DNA of 40,517 nt, from assembly GCA_032718475.1 (NCBI GenBank), contig JAUCBJ010002231.1:1-40517 (forward strand). The letters run 5' to 3'. Positions 1-10,009 of the stretch are shown piece after piece. The stretch's first letter is position 1. The number at the start of each line of letters is the position of its first letter. The notes under the pieces are model-generated. The model was not told the DNA's origin, made no database searches, and saw only the letters and a program-made list of their open reading frames with translations. Made by a program: the position numbers and the translations under genes. The stretch comes from Nemertoderma westbladi (taxonomy: Eukaryota > Animalia > Xenacoelomorpha).

Positions 1-276
1 CTTAACTTTCAATTAATTGCAACCACACGTTACTAATTAATAGTTCATTACTTGGAAATTCGGGTGGGTTAAATGTGTTAAACATAAAAACTAAGGGGAA
101 ATTTAATCTGGCATAATATTAACGGCATAATATTTAATAGTCGGTGATTGTTTCACTACCGGCAAACTTGGAGGCTCGCCCCATAAAAACTCAAATTAAA
201 AACTCAAATAAAATACTATAAGCGACAATCAGATTCATTTAAACTCATCTTACAATCTATTCTTTAACCTTTTCAG

Positions 277-619
277 CTTCGCTTCTCTGAGGAAAAGGAA
301 AAGAGATCTCGAATCCAAGATCCAACAGGGGGTGGTTGGAGGGGGGCTGGGGGGCCAGCAGGGGGGACTGGGGGGTCACCCTGGCGGACTGGGGGGCGGC
401 GGTGGGAACAACGTCGGACTCAGCGGTATCCATAACGACGTATACCAGATAATCACCAGTCTGGGATCCGGGAACCCAGCCGGCATATCGGTACAACAGA
501 TGAAGGACCACCTTCAAGGAAGGACCGAGCCACAGATACGTAAAGCTATTGAATTCCTAAGCGACGAAGGCCACATTTACTCAACTATAGATGACGATCA
601 CTTTAGTTCCTGTGGCTGA
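277..619 (+). CDS. RPA2: Replication protein A 32 kDa subunit, terminal coding exon (Gly-rich linker and C-terminal winged helix)
   Basis: Acceptor ttttcag|C at 276/277; frame from 278 reads FASLRKRKRD...GLSGIHNDVYQII...IRKAIEFLSDEGHIYSTIDDDHFSSCG*, matching the RPA32 C-terminal signature (FLSxEGHIYSTxDDDHF). Upstream exons are outside the window. Confidence 0.93.
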
Positions 620-637
620 CACCCTTTACTCTCGGAG

Positions 638-745
638 TTCATAAACACTTTATATCACTGCCTTCATCTACTCACTCACGGATAAATAAACTCTTTATTT
701 CACTGCCTCCATCAACTCGCGTGCTCATAAACACTTTATTACACC
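638..745 (+). repeat. Degenerate ~44-bp tandem triplication in the RPA2 3' UTR
   Basis: Three imperfect copies of ATAAAC(A/T)CTTTAT-N-(T/A)CAC(T/C)GC, the first two followed by CT(T/C)CATCNACTC. Confidence 0.6.
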
Positions 746-1024
746 GCATGAAGTTTCGCTACTCATAAAGAGACAATCGTGAGTTAATAAATTGGCGGTA
801 TTTCTCCCGCCAATATCAGGATTTACTTTATATATCACAGACATATAAATATTAAATTTAACCTATTATATTTTGTTGTATAATTTCATGGAACTTATGA
901 CAGCTCTGTTTATTTACAGTACGTACACAATAACCGTGCAATGTATGGAATGTGAATTGTTTTGAACTGTGAACATATAAATAATGTGCTTTAAATAATA
1001 GCGGATAGATACACGAGGTTTTCG

Positions 1025-1780
1025 AACTGTGATTTACTAACTAACTAACTGTGGTTTACTGCTAACTAACTAACTGTGATTTACTGCTAACTAACTAACT
1101 GTGATTTACTGCTAACTAACTAACTGTGATTTACTGCTAACTAACTAACTGTGATTTACTGCTAACTAACTAACTGTGATTTACTGCTAACTAACTAACT
1201 AACTGTGATTTACTGCTAATTAACTAACTGATTTACTGCTAACTAACTAACTGATTTACTGCTAACTAACTAACTGTGATTTACTGCTAACTAACTAACT
1301 GTGATTTACTGCTAACTAACTAACTGTGATTTACTGCTAACTAACTAACTAACTGTGATTTACTGCTAATTAACTAACTGATTTACTGCTAACTAACTAA
1401 CTGATTTACTGCTAACTAACTAACTGTGATTTACTGCTAACTAACTAACTGTGATTTACTGATAACTAACTAACTGTGATTTACTGCTAACTAACTAACT
1501 GTGAATTACTGCTAACTAACTAACTGTGATTTACTGCTAACTAACTAACTAACTAACTAACTGTGATTTACTGCTAACTAACTAACTGTGATTTACTGCT
1601 AACTAATTAACTGTGGTTTACTGCTAACTAACTAACTGTGGTTTACTGCTAACTAACTAGCTGTGGTTTACTGCTAACTAACTAACTAACTGATTTACAG
1701 CTAACTAACTAGCTGTGGTTTACTGCTAACTAACTAACTGTGATTTACTGCTAACTAACTAACTGTGATTTACTGCTAAC
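1025..1780. repeat. 25-bp minisatellite (TGTGATTTACTGCTAACTAACTAAC)n, segment 1
   Basis: Directly visible tandem array with a variable number of internal TAAC units; same array resumes at 3349 and 8028. Confidence 0.97.
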
Positions 1781-2343
1781 TAGGGATGTCCCGGAATCGA
1801 TATTTTGATTCCGGCCGGAACCGGAACCGGAATTCAACATGCCGGAATATTCCGGCCGGAATTCCGGCCGGAACCGGAATTTTCTATAATTAGTGAAATA
1901 CACTAAATGACCCAGGAAATTTTATGAAACAAATGAATTTTTTTAATTTCTACAGTAAGTTTGTTAATGAGATGAATCAGAACCTTGGGGGAATTAAGGT
2001 GGGTGGAGTGGAGAATGACCTGAGCTGTTTGTTATGGCCTATCGCGTCATTAGGTCCTTTGGTGCAATATCCTGGTGTCTTTAAGGAAAAGAAGCATGTT
2101 ACAGTGACATGTTATTCGAACCAAAACAATAAACGAGGCCACTAGTACATGTTACAGTTTAATTATTGCTGGGAATAAATATATTTATGGTAAGAAATGG
2201 ATTTGCTGTAAATAGAATTGAAACTACTATATTATGCAGCACCTACGACGCAGAACTGAACTAACGACCACTCGCAGGACCTGTACGTGTTGTAATAACG
2301 TTTTATATTTATATTAGTTTTAGGTTAAAAAACCACCCGCTAA

Positions 2344-2688
2344 GGCCCGTGCTCCACTGGTAAGTCTTATGTATAGTCTTAGTCAGAATAAATTATGGAA
2401 CACATTGGTTTCAATGGGAGCGTCTCCACTGGTAAATCGTAAGTTACGACTGTGATTATGTCCCATGTTCCATCTTTTGACATATGAATCATGTGTTATA
2501 TCCGGAAAGATGCCTCTGATTGGTTACTTTGGGTATAAATATGCAGTAAATGTGAGACGCATCATATATTTTTTATCAAATGACTTATGACTTGTGTTAC
2601 CAATGGAGCAAGGAGGCATTCATTTTGACATTCTGACTAAGACAATATCTGAAAACGACTTGCGACTTACCAGTGGAGCACGGGGGCC
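2344..2688. mobile_element. PIF/Harbinger (Tourist-like) MITE nested in the hAT element
   Basis: TIRs GGCCCGTGCTCCACTGGTAAGTC / GACTTACCAGTGGAGCACGGGGGCC (2-bp indel), further subterminal inverted match GTCTTAGTCAGAAT / ATTCTGACTAAGAC, TAA on both flanks (2341-2343, 2689-2691). Confidence 0.85.
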
Positions 2689-2940
2689 TAATGATGCATT
2701 TCATAAAATATCTTCAGAACGACAAAGGGTTTAATTAGTTAATGTAAATTAAAAGGGTTATTTTGAATTGAATTGTATATGAATACTACTTAAGTGGTGT
2801 AAGTGTAACAGATGGTGGGACCATTTAGTTTGATTACCAGGTAAAAAATTTTTGGAAATGTGTTACATACCCATCAAGACTGAATTCACTGTAATAAACA
2901 GGGTGGTTGTGAATTTTCCCTCGTTACATAGGTTAGTTAG

Positions 2941-3115
2941 GTTCCACCTTGGTGTAGTGGTTGCATTGAATTCCAATCTATCTGGAGGTCGTGTGTTCGA
3001 TCCCTGTATGTGGGCCAAGGCAGTTTTCGATTCAGCACGAATGGTTTGAAGGGGCTAGCCAGGGGGCATCACTAAATGTTAGCTCTAGCGGTCGAAGAAA
3101 ACTTTATTTCTATAC
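2941..3115 (+). mobile_element. Probable tRNA-derived SINE inside the hAT element
   Basis: Pol III A-box-like TGGTGTAGTGG (2950-2960) and B-box GTTCGATCC (2995-3003) at tRNA-like spacing, no convincing cloverleaf, followed by ~100 bp body and a T-rich tail (GAAGAAAACTTTATTTCTATACTTT). Boundaries approximate. Confidence 0.5.
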
Positions 3116-3348
3116 TTTTTTACAAGTGTTGAAAAGTATCTTAAACTAATTGGTAATATTGTTTAAAAAATGTATAAATGTTGATAATAATTTAACAAAC
3201 TAATTGCAGCTATTAAACTAGATATGAACCTTGTAATTCCGGTAAAATTCCGGCCGGAATTGACCACATTCCGGCAATTCCGGCCGGAACCGGAATCGGG
3301 CAAAAACCGCCGGAATTCCGGCCGGAACGGAATTCCGGGACATCCCTA

Positions 3349-3471
3349 CTGCTAACTAACTAACTGTGATTTACAGCTAATTAACTAACTGATTTACTGC
3401 TAACTAACTAACTGATTTACTGCTAACTAACTAACTGTGATTTACTGATAACTAACTAACTGTGATTTACT
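3349..3471. repeat. 25-bp minisatellite, segment 2 (between hAT and retrotransposon)
   Basis: Same unit as 1025-1780. Confidence 0.95.
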
Positions 3472-3645
3472 TTAGGTATTGCACCACGTAGTTGGTGTAA
3501 ATTTATTTACTAGCTAATAAATAGAACAAATTCACATAGTTGAAAATTATTACAAGAACAAAAATTATTTATAGAGTTACACCAAAAAAAAAAAAAAAAT
3601 CATTAACATCAGTTTCTTCGCGGTCTTGTCTGCACTCGTTGTGGT

Positions 3646-6225
3646 CTATGGCGGTGGGGCAACATCCGCATTCGCATGCACAATGGCTATGTCTGCAACT
3701 GAATTTGTGCAGCGAATGGGTCGTCTAGCAGCCGACCGGTGTCCACGGAGACACATGAGGGCCGACCGCAACAACGCGAAGTTCAACTTTCGCCGAACCC
3801 ATGTGATGCACTCCGCATACCGCGTTTCTCGCTTCTCTGCCAGGCGGTGCGCCAACCGCTTCACCAGATGTATGGCCGAAGGCGCCATACCACCAAACGC
3901 GGAGAATATCAGAGGCGTGAAGGTGGCGTGTTCCACCTCCCTCACTCTTTCCTGATACTTTAGGTTCTTCCGCGCTTCATGGTAAAGGTGGGCTGACGGT
4001 AGGGACATGGCAGCATTAGTTTCTGCCAGTGGATTGAAGACTGAGACGTCCAGGAACGTCTTCTGGAACCGATTGCCCCAGAAGCCGCTCACTGAGACGT
4101 CCAATCTCGCCAGCTGGTCCGTTGAAGTGCTGCGGTGTTCAAACTGCTCGCCCGTTAGCGGTTGGAGGACTGGCTCCACAGCCACATTATGTGACACCTC
4201 CGTCAGAGCATCAGCGACAAAGTCCCGGATCTCGTTGTGCCTGATGGAAGGAAATCCTCCAGTGGGGCACGACAGAACGTGGGTAGGAGAAAATCGCTCC
4301 CCACAGACACAACGAGACGGTAGAGACTTTGGCATCCACCCATAACGGAGGCACAGGGCATCCCTGAATTCACCCTTGTCCAGGTGGGTGTCCTGGAGGA
4401 TGAGTGGCTTGGTGTTGAGCCAGATAGAAGCGCCCTTTTCGGTGGTCAGTCCGTGGAGCCGCCGCTGGGGAGGAGATAATATTCCCACCACTTCCTCTCT
4501 CTTTTCCATCGACTGGAGCAGCGCCTCTACCTTCAACCTGCCCACCACCTCCTTTTGTTTCTCCCGGACCTGCGCCATTGTATCTGGTGTGGCGCTGATG
4601 AATGGCTCACAGACCCGAAGGGAGCTGGTATACTGATGTGACAGGTCAGTGGGCACCGGAATGCCGATACCCCCGTCACGGACTGGCAGGGAAAGTAACA
4701 GGCGTTCCTCTTTTGAGATGGCTGGCCGATCGGTGAGACGGCAAAGGAATCGATTTACAGCTTCCTCCAACAGGGTGAGATGGGCTGGCGCGGTGGATAC
4801 AACACGGGTGATGAACCGCCACCGACAGGCAAGGCCAAACGCGAGGCCCGCGTACGCACAGTGGGGGTCCACTGCTGCCACCCCCGCGAGACGATCCACT
4901 TCCATAGCGAACTCCTGAGCCTTCTCTTCTAGGGACGTGGTGCGATACTCCTCAGTGCCAACAACCCCGCCGAGTAGCTCATGGCCTGTCGTATTGATGG
5001 CGACACCAGTATTGGCGAAAAGAATCTCAGCCTCTTCCAACATTGCTGGTTTCACTGTGAGGTGACACTTGGATGGGAAGTAGCCGAAGAGAGGACCCCT
5101 TGTGGTAGCGACCTCTAGGAAGGCCCGTAGGTCAGTGAGTTTTCCTGCCGCATTGCCATCATCTGCATACCACCGCTGTGTGGCCTTGCTTGCACGTCCC
5201 AACTCAGCTAATAGTGGCATAATGGAGCACCCATACATCGCCATGGCAATGGGGTCACCCTGTGTGGTCCCCTCTTCAGAGAGCAAAGTCTCCCCTCCCA
5301 CAAAGAGTCGAGCTGGTTCGCTGTAGCAATTGGTGACTACGGTGAGAAGGGCAGGGCAGACAACTCCAATATTGTGGAGAGCGGCCGAACGGTTCAGTAC
5401 GTTGAAGGCGTTTGTAGCGTCTATCTGTAGAACCCCGTCACAGTCGTCCGAGTCCCACTCCATCGTGAGGCTGTGGATGGCGAATTCAATGCCAGCCTTC
5501 TGACCCAGGCAGAGTTGGTTGTTCCCACCGACAGACTCAAGATCCTGACGGATACAATGGGTGATAGATTTACCTATGACGCGGCGCAACACCTCACCTA
5601 TCCCTATGGGTCTGACGCCCGGGTTTTTGTCCAGTGCAATAAGTCTGGCAGACAGTAGCGCAGATAGAGACCCCTGAGAAGTCTTGGTCTGTGAGAGTTG
5701 TTTCGCCAAGTCTGCGATCCTCTCACCCAGCTCGGAAGACTGTGTCCGAAACCGGGTAAGGAGGTGCTTCCAACCCTGAACATCAACTCCCGATGGACCC
5801 GCGGCGTTTCCCTTCATTCTAAGCAAGCTCCCAAGGATGAGCTTCCCATCGATCGCCTCAAACACAACAGACTCAACACAGTGGTGCTGTGGCGCCTCAG
5901 GGAAGTGCGATAGCAGGGTCGACTCGTCTGCGGGCTGCGCTGGAGGATGTTTCGCTCGCAGAACATCCCGGACCACCTTGGTTTTCCCATCTTTGTCCGT
6001 GAATGAGTCATTCAGACTCAGTGGAGAACCGCGGTGTAACTGTCCAAGAACTCTCGTCGCCGCCGAAATATTCCCAGTCAGCATGTGGCGGGTGAACGCC
6101 TTCTGGAGTGCTATGTCCTGAGAGGCTGGGGGTCGTCGCTTAGGAAGGTGTGTCTGAATGGCCCTGGCCTCCACCATGAGTTCGTCAAATTTTGCTTCCC
6201 TCCAGCTCACTAGACGGCATGTGCC
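3646..6225 (-). CDS. Retrotransposon polyprotein C-terminal part: reverse transcriptase, CCHC zinc knuckle, restriction-like endonuclease
   Basis: RT motifs AAGPSG, LIALDK..VRPIGIGE, IDATNAFN, QGDP, YADD, LLGG; LPVRDGGIGI; knuckle CVCGERFSPTHVLSC followed by RHNEIRD; RLE-type RLDVSV...FLDVSV...EARKNLKY...FTPLIFSAFGG. Open for 854 codons without its own ATG start; joins the upstream segment by a frameshift near 6215-6225. Confidence 0.92.
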   Translation of the reverse strand, partial: GTCRLVSWREAKFDELMVEARAIQTHLPKRRPPASQDIALQKAFTRHMLTGNISAATRVLGQLHRGSPLSLNDSFTDKDGKTKVVRDVLRAKHPPAQPADESTLLSHFPEAPQHHCVESVVFEAIDGKLILGSLLRMKGNAAGPSGVDVQGWKHLLTRFRTQSSELGERIADLAKQLSQTKTSQGSLSALLSARLIALDKNPGVRPIGIGEVLRRVIGKSITHCIRQDLESVGGNNQLCLGQKAGIEFAIHSLTMEWDSDDCDGVLQIDATNAFNVLNRSAALHNIGVVCPALLTVVTNCYSEPARLFVGGETLLSEEGTTQGDPIAMAMYGCSIMPLLAELGRASKATQRWYADDGNAAGKLTDLRAFLEVATTRGPLFGYFPSKCHLTVKPAMLEEAEILFANTGVAINTTGHELLGGVVGTEEYRTTSLEEKAQEFAMEVDRLAGVAAVDPHCAYAGLAFGLACRWRFITRVVSTAPAHLTLLEEAVNRFLCRLTDRPAISKEERLLLSLPVRDGGIGIPVPTDLSHQYTSSLRVCEPFISATPDTMAQVREKQKEVVGRLKVEALLQSMEKREEVVGILSPPQRRLHGLTTEKGASIWLNTKPLILQDTHLDKGEFRDALCLRYGWMPKSLPSRCVCGERFSPTHVLSCPTGGFPSIRHNEIRDFVADALTEVSHNVAVEPVLQPLTGEQFEHRSTSTDQLARLDVSVSGFWGNRFQKTFLDVSVFNPLAETNAAMSLPSAHLYHEARKNLKYQERVREVEHATFTPLIFSAFGGMAPSAIHLVKRLAHRLAEKRETRYAECITWVRRKLNFALLRSALMCLRGHRSAARRPIRCTNSVADIAIVHANADVAPPP

Positions 6226-7851
6226 GGTGTGTGGCCGTGGTGGAAGACCGACTGGGTTTCTGTAAGAGGAGAGCTGGCAATATCATCACTGCCGTGAGGG
6301 CGACCTCATGTAGGGGATTGTCACTGATTGCCAGCGCCAACAACCGAGAAATCTCTGCCACCAATTCTCTACCCACGGCCCCCTGAGGAACCAGGAATAG
6401 GTTTGGCCTCCAGTGTACTATGCTGTTGTACACTGTGTTGATTGACTCTATTATTTGGTGCCTGGGCAAGGATTCATTGAACCATACCGCGGAGTCGACT
6501 CGACTTGTTGAAGTGAGTCCAACACTGGACAGGGAGGATGGCAGAGGTCGACCGATAGATGCCGAGGGTGCCAACTGGACTGGTGGGGGACCTGGCTGGA
6601 TCGCTGGGGGACCCGACCGGACTGAAGGGGGACCCGACTGGTCTGAAGGGGGACCCGACTGGACTGCTGGGGGACCCGACTGGACTCCTGAGGGACCCGA
6701 CTGGTCTGATGGGGGACCTGACTGGACTGCTGGGGGACCCGACTGGACTCCTGAGGGACCCGACTGGTCTGAAGGGGGACCCAACTGGACTGCTGGGGGA
6801 CCCGACTGGACTGATGGGGGACCCGACTGGTCTGAAGGGGGACCCGACTGGACTGCTGGGGGACCCGACTGGACTCCTGAGGGACCCGACTGGTCTGATG
6901 GGGGACCCGACTGGTCTGAAGGGGGACCCGACTGGACTGCTGGGGGACCCGACTGGACTCCTGAGGGACCCGACTGGTCTGATGGGGGACCCGACTGGAC
7001 TGCTGGGGGACCCGACTGGACTCCTGAGGGACCCGACTGGTCTGAAGGGGGACCCGACTGGACTGCTGGGGGACCCGACTGGACTCCTGAGGGACCCGAC
7101 TGGTCTGATGGGGGACCCAACTGATCTGCTGGGGGACCCGACTGGACTGATGGGGGACCCGACTGGGACTGCTGGGCGATCCGACTGGACTGGACATATG
7201 GGGGACCCGACTGGACTGATGGGGGACCCGACTGGACTGCTGGGCGCACCGACTGGACTGATGAGGGACCCAACTGGACTGATGGGGGACCCGACTGGAC
7301 TGCTGGGCGCACCGACTGGACTGCAGGGGGACCCGACTGGACTGAAGGGGGACCAGACTGGACTGCTGAGGGAACGGACTGGACTGCTCGGGGATCTGAA
7401 AAGTTCGGGGTCTGAAGTATAACGTCTTTAACTGCTGACCCCAAAGCAGACCCTTAACGGGGCTCCGAATCCTAGATATGATGGCACTGGCCCTCGCTCG
7501 TGCTGCGCCCGGAGACCAAACTGGAGAGTTAAATGATGCTGACGCACTGGCAGCTAGCGGATTATCCTGGACGATCGGGGATCCACCCAGTATAGTTTCG
7601 TCCTGATCCATCAATGTATCGTCCGCTGGACTTTCCAAAGCAGCGCAAGAGTTAAGCGGCTGTGAGACTGACGGCTGGGAGAACGAAGGTCGTTCGTGGC
7701 GATCCGGTAGAGGTTGAGAGGAAGGGTGCTGGCTGTTCTCGCAATTACCGTTTCTTCCTGGGGCACACGATAAGCACCGCAAGCTATTCCTGACGCATAT
7801 ACATTTCTTGCAGCGCCCGGACCGTCCATTGCAGCCACAACAAGCTGCCAT
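6185..7851 (-). pseudogene. Retrotransposon polyprotein N-terminal part, split over two frames
   Basis: ATG 7851 gives MAACCGCNGRSGRCKKCICVRNSLRCLSCAPGRNGNCEN (frame open to 6451); a second frame open 7453-6185 carries VHWRPNLFLVPQGAVGRELVAEISRL...ILPALLLQKP, which resembles the pre-RT region of CRE-like elements. Two frameshifts are needed to make one ORF. Confidence 0.7.
6570..7390 (-). repeat. 21-bp GC-rich coding tandem repeat within the retrotransposon (~39 units)
   Basis: Plus-strand unit GGGGGACCCGACTGGACTGCT and variants; translates on the minus strand as (VQSGPPA/DQSGPPS/VQSGPSG)n or (QSSRVPH/Q)n. Confidence 0.95.
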
Positions 7852-8027
7852 CAAAACGCCGGCTGCAGTGACGCGTTCACTCGAATAGAGAGGCGACACA
7901 ATCAGAAATATATAATTTGGCGCCACAAAGTCTGACAGTTGTCAAGGCAGTAGTCAGTACAGCAGTACAGTTCAGGTAGTGTTCAGGAGGCAGTGCAGTG
8001 CAGTACGTACTCACACTCACAGTACGT

Positions 8028-9362
8028 ACTGTGATTTACTGCTAACTAACTAACTGTGAATTACTGCTAACTAACTAACTGTGATTTACTGCTAACTAAC
8101 TAACTGTGAATTACTGCTAACTAACTAACTGTGATTTACTGCTAACTAACTAACTGTGGTTTACTGCTAACTAACTAACTGTGATTTACTGCTAACTAAT
8201 TAACTGTGGTTTACTGCTAACTAACTAACTGTGGTTTACTGCTAACTAACTAACTAACTAACTGTGGTTTACTGCTAACTAACTAACTAACTAACTGTGA
8301 TTTACTGCTAACTAACTAACTGATTTACTGCTAACTAACTAACTAACTAACTGTGGTTTACTGCTAACTAACTAACTAACTAACTGTGATTTACTGCTAA
8401 CTAACTAACTGATTTACTGCTAACTAACTAACTGTGGTTTACTACTAACTAACTAACTGTGGTTTACTGCTAACTAACTAACTGTGATTTACTGCTAACT
8501 AACTAACTGTGATTTACTGCTAACTAACTAACTGTGATTTACTGATAACTAACTAACTGTGATTTACTGCTAACTAACTAACTGTGAATTACTGCTAACT
8601 AACTAACTGTGATTTACTGCTAACTAATTAACTGTGGTTTACTGCTAACTAACTAACTGTGGTTTACTGCTAACTAACTAGCTGTGATTTACTGCTAACT
8701 AACTAACTGTGATTTACTGCTAACTAACTAACTGTGATTTACAGCTAACTAATTAACTGTGGTTTACTGCTAACTAACTAACTGTGGTTTACTGCTAACT
8801 AACTAACTGTGGTTTACTGCTAACTAACTAACTGTGATTTACTGCTAACTAACTAACTGTGATTTACAGCTAACTAATTAACTGTGGTTTACTGCTAACT
8901 AACTAACTGTGGTTTACTGCTAACTAACTAACTGTGGTTTACTGCTAACTAACTAACTGTGATTTACTGCTAACTAACTAACTGTGATTTACTGCTAACT
9001 AACTAACTGTGATTTACAGCTAACTAATTAACTGTGGTTTACTGCTAACTAACTAACTGTGGTTTACTGCTAACTAACTAACTGTGGTTTACTGCTAACT
9101 AACTAACTGTGATTTACTGCTAACTAACTAACTGTGATTTACTGCTAACTAACTAACTGTGATTTACTGCTAACTAACTAACTGTGGTTTACTGCTAACT
9201 AACTAACTGTGGTTTACTGCTAACTAACTAACTGTGATTTACTGCTAACTAATTAACTGTGGTTTACTGCTAACTAACTAACTGTGGTTTACTGCTAACT
9301 AACTAACTGTGGTTTACTGCTAACTAACTAACTGTGATTTACTGCTAACTAACTAATTAACT
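8028..9362. repeat. 25-bp minisatellite, segment 3
   Basis: Same unit with TGTGGTTT / TGTGAATT variants. Confidence 0.97.
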
Positions 9363-9870
9363 ACACCCATTGATTTCAAATGGAACAGTAATGACTCCCA
9401 AAATCACATGCGACTGTCGACCTTTCGTTAAGGAGTTTGAATTTCGCGCTAAACCATATCCTATTGGTTAATATTTATTATGTCAATAATCAATAACCAA
9501 TTGGTTATAATCGATAATTAAGACATGTTCTAAGGTCTAAAAATTACGCAGTTTTCTGCAGTGATAATTAGAAAATAGTTAAGAATTATAGATATATTTA
9601 GTTATTTAAATATATTTATTCTATTAACTAATAATTTTATTAAATTAGTGGAATATTTAAATAGCTGTATCTCAAAAACTAAAAGTCGTACAGTGATGCA
9701 GATTTCACCATTAAAATCACCGTAAAATTATGTATTAGATAAAATTAAAAATAAAAAACGTCCAAATTTTACCCTTCTCGGTGACCCCCCCCCCCCCCCC
9801 CCCCCCCCCCTTTAATGTTAGTCCCGGTGTATCGATATTAGTAAGTTACTAAGTTTAGTGAGCCACTTAC

Positions 9871-10009
9871 CTTCACCTTCCTCTTCTTCCTCTTCTTCGT
9901 CGAACTGATAGAATCCGAGAGGAGAAATCTGAGTTCCAGCTGATATTCTCGCTATCTGAGCCCTAAGATAGTTAGTCTCGTTTCCAGGGAAGGGAGGGTA
10001 ACTGACAAC
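9871..10009 (-). CDS. RSPH4A: Radial spoke head protein 4/6 family, coding exon 6
   Basis: tttacag|GTTGTC...GGTGAAG|gtaagt; [46 protein letters not shown] matches the RSPH4A/6A conserved block [24 protein letters not shown]. Confidence 0.93.

Larger units (their letters stand above)
1781..3348. mobile_element. Non-autonomous hAT-superfamily DNA transposon (1568 bp)
   Basis: Perfect 17-bp TIRs TAGGGATGTCCCGGAAT (1781-1797) / ATTCCGGGACATCCCTA (3332-3348); 8-bp TSD CTGCTAAC (1773-1780, 3349-3356); clustered subterminal CCGGAA/TTCCGG motifs at both ends; Ac-like TAGGGATG terminus; no transposase ORF. Confidence 0.93.
3472..8027 (-). mobile_element. Apparently full-length non-LTR retrotransposon with restriction-like endonuclease, CRE-like clade
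   Basis: Flanked by duplicated ACTGTGATTTACT (3459-3471, 8028-8040); ~176-bp 5' UTR, ATG at 7851, RT/CCHC/RLE coding region to 3646, ~174-bp 3' UTR. Clade call from motifs RPIGIGEVLRR, GQKAGIE, GTTQGDP, WYADD; needs RT phylogeny. Confidence 0.88.

Noticed and set aside
2941-3015. Functional tRNA gene
   Set aside because: A and B boxes are present but I cannot fold acceptor and anticodon stems; treated as a SINE head.
3584-3599. A16 run as the retrotransposon poly(A) tail
   Set aside because: The element is on the minus strand, where this is a T-run; the TSD places the 3' end at 3472.
6420-7422. Plus-strand ORFs (GGPDWTA)n and (GDPTGLL)n
   Set aside because: Antisense reading of the retrotransposon's 21-bp repeat; no independent support.
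1025-9362. 25-bp array as telomeric repeat or spliced-leader gene array (typical CRE-clade targets)
   Set aside because: (TAAC)n is not the TTAGGG or TTAGG repeat, and the unit is too short for an SL RNA gene, with no Sm site or stem-loops visible.
9400-9815. Possible Kolobok-like element end (poly-C then TTTAA)
   Set aside because: No matching opposite terminus found.
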